A stretch of 37,081 nucleotides of DNA from Rhizodiscina lignyota (Eukaryota). The notes under the pieces were generated by a model. The model was not told the origin of the DNA and made no database searches. It saw only the letters and a list, made by a program, of their open reading frames with translations. Of this stretch, positions 24,260 to 37,081 are shown piece after piece; within the stretch, counting starts at the first letter, position 1, and each line of letters begins with the position of its first letter. Made by a program: the position numbers and the translations under genes. Location: assembly GCA_010015805.1 (NCBI GenBank), contig ML978136.1, forward strand, positions 682,001 through 719,081, given 5' to 3'.

Positions 24260-27059
24260 ATGCCTTACGCAATTGACCCGCCGGACGAACTGGCGAATGC
24301 CGTCCAGCAGGTATTGAAGGCCGTGTCGAACGGGCATTAGACAAGGTGCTGACATTTGGAACTAGATTGCCCTGACATCCTCAGATGCGGACTACATCGA
24401 TCAGCTCGTGCCCGTTTTGCGCGATGTCAGGCGTTCTGACCGCGCAAACAGGCTGGTCCAGAGCCTCGATGCCCTCGCTGCTAGACGTGAGGCAGAGATT
24501 GAGAAGATGTGCAATTCAAACCACCAAGAGTTCGTGTCCAGTGTGAATGCATTACTGAGAGTCAGGGAGGGCACGGTAGAGCTCACCTCCGATATTCTCA
24601 ACCTGAACCAAAGTATCCAGGCCAGTACGGAGAAGCTCGCTGAGCAGAAGAAGGCCCTCGTAGAGTCGCGCGGTGTGAGACAGAATATCGATGAGGCCAA
24701 TCGTGCGCTGGAGTCCTGCCTTGAGGTGCTGAGACTCGCCAATCAAGTTCATGACCTGCTGGCCAAGAAGAAGCACTACGCAGCTCTGCGAGCGCTGGAC
24801 GAATTGCAAAATGTCCATTTGAGGGAGGTAGCACGCTACAAGATTGCTGATATTATTGAAAAGTCCGTCCCTGCTACTCAGAAAATGATTGGCGATGCTG
24901 TCATGGCGGACCTCAATACCTGGTTGTACCGCATTCGTGAAGCGTCACAGTACTTGGGAGAAGTGGCTTTCTATCACACGGATATGCGCCGCACGCGTCT
25001 CAAAGAGCGAATGGACAAAGACTCCAATATGACAAAATTCAGGCTCAATTCTGCCATTGACCTTGTTGCCGACGAGGCCGACGAGTTCGACATCCTCAAC
25101 AACGAAGAGACGGAAACACAGGTCGATTTCTCGCCCCTCTTTGAATGCATCCACATTCACGAGACGCTTGGCCAGATCGATAGGTTTCGCCACGAGTACG
25201 CCGCCACGCGCAAGTCGCAGAAGGACCTCGTTATCCCTGACTCCGTGAGATTACTGGATGAAGACGAAGCCGACCTGAGCAGCTTGCTTGAGAGTATTGC
25301 GGGTTTCGCGATTGTGGAGAAAGCAACGATGAGGAAGATGCATAACTTCCGTGCGCCTGCAGATGTATGTTGCACCATACTCTCACCCATCCGAACACTA
25401 TTTAGATTCCCCTTCAGCAATTAACTTGAGTGACTCGGACAGGTCGACGAGTTGTGGCAATCCATGTGCCAGAGGACAATCACACTTATAACCAAAGCTT
25501 TACCGGCAGTCAATGATGACGAGAAGTTACTCAAGATCAAGAGCCGTATCGCCTTGTTCATTCAAACGATGGACGTAAGTTGCGCTCTTTCCCACTCTCT
25601 TTATCTCGGGCACTAATAGAGCGATTCAGAGTTGGGGATACAATGTCGCGTCTCTCAACGCCCTTTTGCTTAAGATATTCGACAAGTATGCTCAATTGCT
25701 CAAACAACGGTTCAGCGAGGACTTTCAAGAGGTAAGGCATATGCATGATGCCTATAATATGACTCGGCTGATCCGTACCAGATTGTCTCAACCGACGATT
25801 ACATGCCCATGCCGATCAACTCTATCGATGAGTACGACAAGGTGGTCAATGTGTCGTGGTACACGCCGGAAAAGTCGCGTGAGGAATTAGAGTGCGTTCG
25901 AAGCTTTCCCCTTATGGCTCTCCCCCCTTTCACTCCTCTGATTCCTAGCTCTCGAATTACTCTATTTTCTTCACTTCTAGGAATATTTTTAAAGCATACA
26001 ACCAACAAAAACCATCACCATACAGATTCCCCTGCGTCCTCCCTTTCAGCCAGATGTATCCGCTTTGCTGTATCGACATCCGGAACTTCCTCAACCAGAT
26101 CTACCTCTTCTCCGATGAGCACTTCCAGCGCTCTGCCATCATTGACGACACCCTGCGCGACTCGCTCGACGAACTCTTGTCCGAGAAAGTATGCCAGTCT
26201 CTGGTCGATCGCCTCTCGAGTCAGTACCCCGGCCAAATCGTGCAGATTCTCACAAACTTGGGCCACTTCGAGATTGCGTGCTCGGAGCTGCAGAGCTTGC
26301 TGTACGAAGCAAGGAGCAATAAGAGTGGAGGTAGTGCCGAAATTGAGTTGCATGCAACGGAGAAGTTTAAGGAGGGGAAGAAGATGGCTGAGAAACGTAT
26401 CTTCGAATTGGTTAACAGCAAGATTGACGATTTGATTGAGATTGCGGAATACGACTGGTATGTACTAGTCTTTTCATTATTGTGGCGCTTGTTTGAAGCG
26501 CATTTCGGATGCCATGAAGATGGTGGAGAGCATAGTGCTGACGAGAGACGACAGGACCGCGTCAACGCCTCTCACTGTCCCATCGAATTACATACAAGAG
26601 CTGACACAATACCTGTCCGTCAATATGGACTCTGTCCTCCTCGGTCTGCCCACCGAGATTAAAGAACTGGTCTACTTTGACGCCCTCTCTCATGCCGCTA
26701 CTATGATCCTTGCCCTGCCTCTCGACCTTAACGTCAAGTCAATCTCCGCCGCCGCAGTCAAGACCCTCTCCAACGACGTTCAGCATCTTAGTCAATTTGT
26801 CGAAAGTCTGGGTAATCCGATCCTCGACGAGAATCTCGACGAATTGAGACAGACAGTCATGCTGATGGGCAGCGAGAATGCGGAGGAGGAGTTCTTCGAT
26901 GTCGCACAGAGGAACAGGAAGTTTGGCAAGGTGGATAATATGAATGGTGCAGTGCTCTTGGAAAAGGTTCAGCAGGGCGCAGCGGTTCCGGTCCAGAGCC
27001 CGACGCGCACGGCGGATAGGTTCGCGAATATCGGCTCAAGATTTGGTCTAAACCGGTAG
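24260..27059 (+). CDS. SEC15: Exocyst complex component Sec15; exons approx. 24260-24310, 24366-25364, 25443-25574, 25630-25731, 25782-25891, 26026-26457, 26555-27059
   Basis: EIEKMCNSNHQEFVSSV, LNTWLYRIRE, VDFSPLFECIHIH, IAGFAIVE, DDYMPMPI, FPCVLPFSQMYPLCCIDIRNF, QIVQILTNLGHFE, FELVNSKIDDL; six canonical introns. Confidence 0.96.
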
Positions 27060-27518
27060 ACGCTACTCAATCCTTGTTCATAGAATTGGAGCACTGGAGG
27101 CACCTTGGCTTTTGTGTTCAATTGGACAGCGAATTTTTTATATATTAAAGGTAAAGGTGCCTAATAGCACACTTCTCCGCATTGGTCGTTTTAATGGGAT
27201 AGAATATTGAGTCATTTCTTGAAAGGAATTAGAGCTGTTTTACACAAAGCACTTGCGCTTTGCACCGCTTCTGGTCCACGTTGCCACTGGATTCCGCTTC
27301 TCTTCGACTTCCGCAACATGCATTCACCCGCCTCGCCCCAGTATCGCAGCGAGACTGAGAGATATGGCAGTGAAAGAGCAATATGGACGAGTGCGCAGAA
27401 ACCACTGCATACTCAATTTGTGAGTCTGTCACGACATGTTCAAGCAAACAGCGTATTCTCGGCTCTCACTTCTCAAAAGAAATGATCTAGCCATTTCCCC
27501 TTGTCATCACTATCGAAT

Positions 27519-29050
27519 CTACAGGTTGCTCTGCGGCCGCATGCTCTCGCGCTCGTTCATTGTAGCATCAAGTTTCTTCAACAGCTGACTCTGGAACCCC
27601 TCTTTATCCTTCATAGTCAAGTTCGCCCTCGACTCTGTTGACTCGAACATAGACTCGTCGAATACCAAAACCTCCTTATAGTCTTCCATCCTGCTAATAT
27701 TACCGCCGCGAAGAAGCTGGTCGACGAATGTTCGAAACGCGATATTCCTGCTCCGAAGCTCGACCATTAAGTTCTGCATCATCGGAAGGAGGTCGAATAC
27801 GAGCGAAGCATACGCCCACGGTTCGGATACGTCGAGCAGCCAATTGCTGGGAACAAAGTCGAAATTGCGCAGGGAGTCTGGCTTCGGCAGCTGAGATATC
27901 TCTCTGAACTCGTCTTCTGCGGCGTCTCGAGCTTGGTCACGGCCCTTGATCGTCAAAGTGGACGCTACTCGCAAGGTCTCCAAATTCGGCGGTGCAAGCC
28001 CTTCTCGAATGCAGTTGCACAATGCAGACTGTGGGGAGATTTGGAGGCAAGATAGAGCCTCAAATTCCAACAGTGCTCCGTGCCACTGTGTTGTGTTTTG
28101 GAGAGTATATATGTCCCCGAAGGAAGCATGGTGCTTGAGATATTGAAGTGACTGTGCTTGCTGTCGGAGTGCTGCGAAAAACTCTATGGGTGTCTGGCCA
28201 GCCATTTCGACGCCCCAAGCCATAGATTCTTGCAAGGTGAAGTTTGTGAGTGCCTTGGGGAGCGACAAAATAGGGAAGAGAGCTGCAGCAATTATCTTGC
28301 AATCCTCGAGTACTAGATTCTTCAATGGCGTGCTCTTTGGAAAGTTACTTGCAATAGTGAGGCGCTTGGTGTCTTTTTCGGTCCCACTCACTCTGGAGAG
28401 ATGGATATACTCCAGGGTTTGATGAAAGAAAATCGCTGCCATGTCTCTTATATTCCAATGTTTCTCCCGTAGTCCATGAGAGTGGAGAGTGACTGGAGGA
28501 CAGATGAGTTTTTCAATCTTCGAACGGTTCATATTGACTCACAAGACCGTAAGGCAGGCAGTGCTTCCGGATTTCTTTGAGGATTAGATATGGCAGCTTC
28601 TTGGAACGCTTTCTCGAAATTCGTAATGTCCTCTTGCCACTTATCGCTCTCCTCCTCGACCCAGTGCGGTGTCGTGTGCCACGATGACTGGACATCAGGT
28701 GTCTCACCGCACCACGGAGATTCGATCGACCAACTTCGCAGATTGGGTATTTGCTTAACCCAGGTGGTTATCGCTGATGTGCTTCTGTACTCATGATGCC
28801 GTATCTTAAGGCGTAGAGAATCGACGGCATCGGCTCTTGCTGGTCGCGAGGTAAAGGCGTGGACGACTTGCTCAAGCCTTGTACCACTTTGGATATAAAT
28901 CTGGTTGTAGATAAGCGGTTCCGCTATCTTCTGCATACGAGAGCAGCTTTGTGCAAGTGACAGGAGAGCATGGGTGTCGTCTCTGAGAGATTCGACGATA
29001 TCGAGCAGGAGTTCATTGGAAAGATCAAGGAGACTGCGAGAGTTGGACAT
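27519..29050 (-). CDS. F-box domain protein with degenerate LRR-like C-terminus; exons 29050-28543 and 28492-27519
   Basis: LLDLSNELLLDIVESL..LLSLAQSCSRMQKIAEPLIY F-box; GTGAGT..CAG intron gives LRSFTLHSHG; LKNLVL, LTNFTL, LETLRV repeats. Confidence 0.8.
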
Positions 29051-29661
29051 CCTGCTCAAGGATCGAAGGAGAGATGAACTTCTGAGTTACAACGTCCTTT
29101 GGACTTGAAAAGATTGAGTCTGGAAACTAGGCACACGATATACTCCTACCAATTTCCAAGAACACCAAGAAGGGCTGAGTTCAGCCGCAAACTATCGGCC
29201 CCGTATCCAGCCACATCTTCCCTTGGCGGTGAGCACTGCAAGATGAATCAGGCACTAGGCATGAATAGAGAAAATATGGCCAGAGCAGAAAATCGTAAGT
29301 TTTGAACTCTCCTCACGTTTGAGTCTCGCAGACATCGATGTCGATACGACAGCATGAGACAATGTCAAGACCACAGGCCAGAAGCGGCGGTGGAGACAAT
29401 ATCTAAATGAAGAAAGCCATCTGCACGTAGACGACCCTGCATAAATATTTCGTAATGCCACTCAATTGAGAAATATCAAATCGCCAGACGAGAACATTGA
29501 ATCTCTCCTCTTGTATCGCGTGAGGTGGCGCCCACTTCGTGCGGGACCGAGCAGTGGAAAAAAAAAGTGGGCTTCCAATTCGCGACACAACAGTACTCTC
29601 ATTAGCAACTTCGTTCGTTTGCAATTTACGACGATGCGACAATAACATTTAACTATCAAAG

Positions 29662-31772
29662 ATGCATTCGCGCATCTTCCCTAATACTTTTGTGGTCCTC
29701 CACTTTGCCTCTGGCCACCAGCGTCTCGTCGAAATAGTCCCCAACTCGTAAGTCCGTTTGTGCGCGTCATTCCCCAAAGTAAAAAGCACGTTGCTGAGTT
29801 CTAGAGCAGGACGATATACGTAGGTAAATTTGGATCCTTTCCAGCGAATCTCCTGCTCTACCGTCCATACTACCTCACCTTCGAGCTCCTCGACAAGTCC
29901 GACGGGCAATCGCAACTGCGTCTTCGCATCGTCCCACCACATGAGATCCATACGGACGCGCTGAGCAATAACCAACTCAACCCCGCCGAGTCTCGCGACG
30001 ATACCGATACAAATACACCGAGAGCAGGGAAGGAAGATGATACGGGCGGTGTCGAGTACGACATTGTTGGTGAAGACGGCACTCTTCTCATCCGGAGCAA
30101 TCGCCTTACCGTCGATGATCCATCACGGCAGAAGCTGAGCCATGATGAGATTGAGGCGCTGAAGAAGGCTGAGAAGTCGGGCGGGAAGGAGATCATTGCA
30201 AAAATCTTGGAGAATCATAGCGCATTGGGCGAGAAGACGAGTTTCAGTCTGCAGAAATACACAGTTCGGAAGGCGAAGAAGTACTTGCGCCGATTCACTG
30301 TGCTGCCTGCTGATGTGGAAACTGTGCTCAATGTGCAGTCGGAGGGCAATGCGCACAAGCACTTGGAGTTAAGAGAGGAGTCGTTGGGGCTCCTCATGAG
30401 TTGGGCAAATGTGAGAGCGAGTGGTGGGAGATGGCTGGTCGTGGATGATACTGGTGGCGTCGTGGTGGCCGCATTGGCAGAGAGGATGGGCATACTGCAT
30501 CCTCCAGAGCCAGAAGATGATAGTCCAGATGGGCAAGAGGAGGACGAGGACATGACAGACGCTCCTGCACACGACCAAGAGCAAGCCGAAGAGAACACTC
30601 ATTCGGCGAATTCGGCTACAACTGTAGGGAAACCTCCAGATACCACATACAGTGAAGCCCCGTCTACAACTGTAGATATGACCGCTTCAACTACCCCCTC
30701 GGAAAATAAGAAACCTCAGCCTAAAGACGCGACATATATGTCCGCAAACTCCAACGCCATCACCGTACTCCATCCAGGCGCGCAACCGAACACGTCATTC
30801 CTGAAATACTTCTCCTTCCCTTCAGAAGACCCACAGCCCTTCCATCCTCTTTACGCGCATCTCAAAAGCCTCAGTTGGCTCGCATTTCTCGATCCCGCTA
30901 CCGATCCCGCCCTCCAAGAACCGCAAGAAGTCTTGCAGAGCGATTTGTTGCAATGGAAGGGCAACAAGAAGAGCGCTTATTGGCGGAAACGACGTCGCTG
31001 GGAGCGGATGAAAAAGGTGGTTGAAGAGACGAGAGAGGGTGGCTTTGATGGGCTTGTTGTAGCGTCTGGCGGGATGGACGTGGGTGGCATATTGAGACGC
31101 CTTGTTCCGTTAGTGAAAGGTGGCGGGCAGGTTGTCGCGTATAGTCCGACGGTTGAACCGTTGGCAGAAGTTATGGATTTGTATTCGAGGGAGAGAAGGG
31201 CGGCGTTTACGCAGAAGATGAATGAGCAGATGGCCAATGAGGTCACTGCAGGATCTAAGGATGGCCAAGAAAATGAGATGAACGACGCAGAGACCCCGTC
31301 GAAGGAAACGAACGAAGCCGAAGAGGCAACGGATGCTTCGCTGAATACCAAGTTGCCACGACCATACCCGGTCGGCGAGGATGGTTCGCCTGATCTCGAG
31401 GATTTCCCAGTGAATCCGTCACTATTACTTGCGCCAAACCTCCAGACCGTAAGAGCCCGACAGTGGCAAGTCCTACCGGGCCGGACACACCCTGTCATGA
31501 TGGGTAGAGGAGGAGCAGAAGGGTACATTTTCACGGCTACGAGGGTCATTCCCGCGCAAGGCAAAGTGGAAGCCCGTGGGAAGTTTGGAAAGGCAGCCAA
31601 GAGGCGCAAGATGGAGGCCAATGCAGAAGCAGCTGCGGGAGCCGTCGCAGAGAGCGAAGTGAAGACCATGGAGAATGGCGTGGAGGATCAAGCGATTGTC
31701 GATGCTGAGACTGGGGGACTCGGAACGAATGGGAAAGGAGCAAAGAGGAAAGCAGTGGAGGAGAGCGGCTAA
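29662..31772 (+). CDS. TRM6: tRNA (adenine58-N1)-methyltransferase non-catalytic subunit; exons 29662-29747 and 29810-31772
   Basis: Spliced IVPNS|TIYVGKFGSFPANLLLYRPYYLTFE, RQKLSHDEIEALKK, KTSFSLQKYTVRKAKKY, ANVRASGGRWLVVDDTGG, RQWQVLPGRTHPVMMGRGGAEGY. Confidence 0.94.
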
Positions 31773-31972
31773 GGAGGGTAAACCGTCGGTGCAAAGGGAA
31801 CGGAAGACTTGATACCCATTTGAATACAGCCTCTGGCCAAGTATATGCCTCGAAGATTTGCAGTCCGACTCGAACCCTGCTCTCTGAAGACGGAGAGTCT
31901 CTTACGCCGTGTCGCGTGATCTTTCGCTCTGGTGGTATCATTCCATCATGTGCTTCATTGCTAGGCATTCAT

Positions 31973-32703
31973 CTATAATGCCTTTCCCATGAATTTCCGC
32001 TTCGTAAAACTCAGCCACCACTAGCAATGCCAGTTAGTAATGGTCAAAAATTGACAACCTTCTCCGTGCTTGAACGTACCTTACTAGGCGCATTGCTCCC
32101 ATCTGCATACACCCTATTGAGCAACCTCTGCGCTAGTTCCTGCCTCATCTGACCAACATATTGCCTCAGCACCTCCGCCTCATTGCGGTCTTTCGGTGGC
32201 TCGAATGCCTGGTTCAACGGGAAGCCCGCATCGCCCGGAATCGCAAAGTTCGTGTCCAGCGCGCTGTTCATGACCGCCTTTTCCGCGTCACGCCGACCCA
32301 TATTGGGCTTGATCTTGGTAATCAACTCTGATACATAGAGAATGCCATAGATCAGCACGCGGTCGGCGGGGCCCTTGATCTCGAAATTGCGGAAGAAGGT
32401 ATTCGCGCGGAAGAGCTGGAGGACTTCGTCTAGAGGGTCGTACGATTCGGAGGATGCGTCGATTGTGAGCTCTGTTACACCTGCGGGAAGGGGTGGGAGT
32501 TGGAGCGCCGGTCCTCTTGTGCGCGTCCGGAGGGGTAAGAGCGCAAAGTTGCCTGGTTGAAAGATTAACGAACGTTATAAGGCGGAGGAGCGAATCAAGG
32601 TACCAATGAGGTGTTGGTTCGGCTCGTCTAGGAAGACGGAGTGATAGGCCTGCCTACAATTAGCTTCAGAAGGGTTTAAAGGCTCCAAATGACATACCGG
32701 CAT
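31973..32703 (-). CDS. ARC18: Arp2/3 complex 21 kDa subunit (ARPC3); exons 32703-32698, 32649-32604, 32552-32080, 32020-31973
   Basis: MP|AYHSVFL..IG|NFALLPLRTRTRGPA, FRANTFFRNFEIKGPADR, FAIPGDAGFPLN, PSK|WWLSFTKRKFMGKAL. Confidence 0.97.
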
Positions 32704-35385
32704 GGTGAAACGCGAAAATCTGCCTTCCTCGTGCTCATTTGAAGCTCGAGGTGGGATGTCGTCGTAGGCGCTCGTAGGGCTGAAGTTGCGATCAAAAAAC
32801 ATTTTTCCGCTCCGATGCTTTGGAATCGCCCCAGCCTCCAGCCTCTCATGTATGCCAGGCTTCATATCATCTCATCTCCTCCTTGCGATTTTCAATTTGT
32901 GGCTAGGAAATCGTGTGGTCCGAATGAAGATGACGAAATGATTAATTAGGCTTTAAGATGAACGGCACTGAGCCTGCGTCTTTACCAGAGAAGATAATCG
33001 AGATGACTCCAATCCCAAGCCATGATGACGGATTGCATGAACTCGAGTATATCGATATATTCTGGCTAGGGTGGGGTTGAGCAGCGCCTGCTCACTATAC
33101 TTTCACCCTCGAAATGCTAATGGCACAGTTTAATACGGCACTTTCGAGCGTACATGGACATTACTTCATTAATCGTTACGGATGACCACTATGTACGTTG
33201 AGTGTCCGTTACTCCATCCGCGCCGGGTACAGGCCTTTAGCACAACCGACCTGGTTACCGACTGAAACACTGTCAAACAGGAAGCCGTGGTAGGCATTGG
33301 TGAGCAAAGTCATGAGACAAGAGCATGGATCCTGGAGAGTTTCCGAGAGTCGTGTTGCTATTAACGAGGTTTGGTTCTCTTGAGCATTGGATCTATGAAG
33401 AACTATTCACGGTATACCTCCTGAATCTAGGACGAAAGTTAAGAGCTTTGCACTCAGGATCATAATCCCTCATTCGGGGCTCCGAGACGTTATCACGAGA
33501 TGTAAGCTTGGAGTTCCGAACTTTGATCTGGTGCTTCCGTGAGAGAATGTCAAGTGGTCGACGAGATTGGCTCGTTAGCTAAGTTAGCTTCGTAGAAACG
33601 CTGGGGAATCCGCAAAGTTTTCACTCGTTGCGGCGATGACTCGAGAATAGGAAACTGTCAGAGCTTGCTCATTCGGCTATGCCTAGGTGGCGTGCTGATC
33701 AACAAGCCTTATCCGTTGCCTTGTTGTCCATTACGGAAAATATTGGAATTCAACAGTGGCATGGATTGCTATATCTTTGTTGCTTTCGGTCAAATTCCCG
33801 AATCCAGTCTTTATCCGTCTGGACCCAGGAGATGATAACACGTCCCTGCTTCAGCCGCGCCGAATGTATTATATCTACTGTAATGGCAGTCTTACAGCAG
33901 CCCGACGCAGACCGCGGCTTCTCACTGAGCTTACCCGCTTTTTACTCCTAATGAGACGCTCTGGGTATGTCTACATAGTGGTGCTCTATCGAAATTCAAT
34001 AGGAAAGAGCATGTTGATCAATATATTCAGCTATCGACAGCGATCCGATGCTGGCGTTTATCGGAAATCTTCTGTAATTGATTATCGAATTGCTGAGAAA
34101 TGTAAAACCCATTTCTTCCAGCTCTAGAAAGTGTTGCCGTGCCTTTCAGCCTCCCAGCGCGCTGAGCAGCCTGCCTCCGCCCTATCGAATCAGATGGCTG
34201 GAGCATGAATGCAGCATTGCCAAGCTCCTCGACCTCCAGCCATACAGGAGTTGAATCGTGGAATACAGGCTTCAGAAACTGAAATATCAGAATACAATAG
34301 AAATTTTTTTCTTCGCCATTAAAGATCGGAATTTAAGGGCAATTCCGCTATGGAAGCGTCTCTATATGGATAAATTCCATGAAGCGACAACCATGTCCCC
34401 TCCCAACTAACTAGTGACTACTTTGGATGGCACTTTATCCCGCATTCACTAACTTCCAGTTTTTCCATACCACCAAGGTCGTCCGCTCCGCCTGTGCCAA
34501 GCAAGTCGGGAACGGCCAATGGATTGAGCATCTGTGACTATCTCCTCGAATCGAGCCCTCTTCCCCCAGACTTTCTCCATCCACCCCCGCCGTGTGCTTA
34601 CGGCTGATAAGCAAATGAACGCTCCGCCAAGAGCACTTCACGCAGAGAATACGAAGTATGTATCCATCGGTGCATGCCAAGTTTCCACTAACAAGGCCAG
34701 AAGGTACTGATGTCGCCTAGGGTGCATTCTTCTCTGATGTACCCAGCGTGACTTTGCACGAGGCACTATGTACCACATAGCGTGAACAGGTCTCCTCCGC
34801 ATTCCTCCCCGTCACCACAGGTCCGCCAGCCTGGGCACAACGCCGCTTTGCTCGGGACACCTGTAAGAGCCTGGACTTGGATAACTTTCTACCAATTACT
34901 GGCTAGAAATGACCTCCATACTCACCAGACCCGCGGCGACGCTCAGTAAAGCTGGCCATTCTCGTCTCGGTTTACGCAATGCTCGGTCCATCGTTTGGCT
35001 CTCAAAGCATCGTTATGGAATGGAACTTGTAGATCGAGACTAATTACCGTTAATTATCAGATTCGAGATGAGGTATCTTGCATATGCGCCCTCCTTACCT
35101 GCGCCTGCAACTTACTGTGTCCATTGAGAGCACATTCGCACAGTCTTTGACCAAGACAGCTCGGGCCTAGCCACGATGGCCTCGCAATGGCCGCGTCACC
35201 TTCTAGAGTTTCAAGATTCCAAAGAGACGGGATAGAAGATCTTCAGAGGAATCATAAATATGGGACGTTATTCGAGCAAATACAAGTTTGAAGACATCCA
35301 CAGCAGATCACAAACTTCCAATCGTTCAACTCTAGCACGAACAGAAGTCAACAAGACTTTACGCTCGCTCTTCCTCATTATCAAA

Positions 35386-35894
35386 ATGAAGACCTTCACG
35401 TTCATCGCCAGTGTCGTGGCTCTCACGTGCGTGGAATACTCTGTATATTAGCGGCAGCCTTTACATACTAATACGAAGTGTAGGTCTGTCGCCAGCGCTG
35501 CCCCCAAGCATGGCTCGGATGACAAGTCAGTCACCACTTCGTTCAGCACAAAATCGCACCACTCCAAGCACCATGATGACATCACAATCACCTGCACTAC
35601 CACCACTTCTTTCACCACTACTCTCAGCACCTTCACAACGTTCCCAGCGTCAAATTCGACATCTCTGTTCCCGACTGAAACTCTGATCACCGGCACAGGA
35701 CCAAGACCTCCACTGTCTACATAACTATCACGGCTCATTGCCCATCAACATCCAAGTCGGCTAACCAAACCGTGACGGCCTCGACTACCTCCTGCGAGGA
35801 CAACGGGACTGACGTTTGCGTTACGAGCGTGACGTCTTCTGCTCCTCCCACAACGACGACATGCGAGGATAATGACACAGACATCTGCGTATAG
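35386..35894 (+). CDS. Small secreted Thr/Ser-rich protein; exon 1 35386-35426, exon 2 from 35484; direct frame stops at 35724 (93 aa), a Cys-motif tail continues in another frame to 35894
   Basis: Signal peptide MKTFTFIASVVALT|SVASAAP; GTGCGT..CTAAT..TAG intron; Thr-rich body; duplicated CEDNxTDxCV tail. Confidence 0.7.
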
Positions 35895-36986
35895 ACATGA
35901 GCCTTACGAATGAAAAGACTTAGACGCTCCTTTTGGGTTCCCTTTCTGCTCGCGTTTCCTTCGCTTCGAATTATGTTGGCAACGCCGAAACTCTGTATAT
36001 GGGAGAAAGTTGCATTCATGCAACATGTAATGGAGGAAGTCTTCTTCACAATATCAATGGACAGTCAAGTCCGATTCACGGTACTGGGTGACTCATGACC
36101 TCGCCTCTTGTGATTGCTGAAGCCTTGATTGGCCCTGGTGCACCAACTTTGCATGTAGCTGCATTGGAGTACCTCTCGACGGACTGAACAAAGTGGCGGA
36201 AACGTTGCAGCAGTGTATCAACTAGCAGGCTGACGTATGATGGCTCGTATGACCATTAGAACGGGAGAACGACACAGATGATCGCCGAACTGCAGCGGAT
36301 AGGTACATAAGCCTCTGTTTGTTACATATGTTCCCGCAGTGCATCTTGGTTGGTAGAACAAATGCGTGTATTCAAGCTACCGTGAGTCAGGACTTGGTCA
36401 CTCTCGAAACTTTTCCTCTGAAACTTTTATAAATGACGCATGTGATGAAGTAGCGACCCACAAATCGATTAGCACTTGAGTCGAGCGAAACGTGGGAATT
36501 CAGAGAGATGGAGATTTTGCCATAGTATTTCCTCCGTTAGCTACAGCTAGATATTAAAACCCATCGCTCCAGGCCCAGGCCAAGACATTTTGGCGACATT
36601 GTGGGTATACTAAGTTGGTTGCGCGGGTAAGGCAGGCTAGATTTGGTTGGTGCGGATCGGGACCTGGAATTAACTAGAGGAAGGACCCGCCGTACGTAGG
36701 TAGGCATTTTAGAGATAATTACCTATCGTGGAGGAATTAGTGTCAGATTCTTGGCAGACATGGACAAGAGTACATACCTAAGGTTGCTCTTCGCTGACCC
36801 TCATTCTGGCATTGTTAGCGTCGTTCCGATTGCCCGTGGTGAGCACTGAACATGCTCTTTGGCATATCATCTGATGATTTCATAATTTTCACAGGATTGT
36901 GGCTGCTACATGCTTGCTCCGTCGCTGGCTGGATGGAAGGCAGTGACCTCACTTTATGAGAGTAACTAATTTGAGGGATGCGATGC

Positions 36987-37006
36987 GAGAGAGAGAGAGA
37001 GAGAGA
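36987..37006. repeat. (GA)10 microsatellite
   Basis: Ten perfect GA units. Confidence 0.9.
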
Positions 37007-37081
37007 TTTTCATTCGCCCTTTTAGGCCATTTCTGGCCCACGTGGGGGTTCCTGCCTGACTAATCATACAATATGCCTTAT

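Noticed and set aside
32710..35380. Large intergenic region screened for transposon, tRNA, TPP riboswitch or hidden gene
   Set aside because: No terminal repeats, transposase/RT motifs, cloverleaf or TPP consensus found by eye

Overview
Gene-dense genomic DNA from a filamentous ascomycete (Pezizomycotina-like: short GT-AG introns with CTRAC/CTAAC branch sites, fungal housekeeping genes). I can support about 14 intron-aware gene models, in order: aminopeptidase P (runs off the left edge), a Kap122/importin-13-like karyopherin, a FUN14 protein, PDX1/SNZ1, GPI7, a ricin-B-lectin single-pass membrane protein, an S28 serine peptidase, a short Rmp1-like protein, a divergent Mei2-like RRM protein, SEC15, an F-box protein, TRM6/GCD10, ARC18 and a small secreted Thr-rich protein. 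No rRNA, tRNA, CRISPR or transposon was seen. Most notable observations: (1) the Mei2-like gene is preceded by an unannotated ~7-copy degenerate ~30-bp array (pyrimidine-rich on the mRNA strand, full of upstream ATGs) and sits in a ~6 kb gene-poor island; (2) the otherwise intact S28 peptidase has a single in-frame TAG in exon 1; (3) the small secreted protein has its Cys-motif tail in a different reading frame; (4) the lectin-TM protein has no signal peptide; (5) a Gcn4/CpcA site lies just upstream of the PDX1 TATA. All exon boundaries were read by eye and no database search was run.
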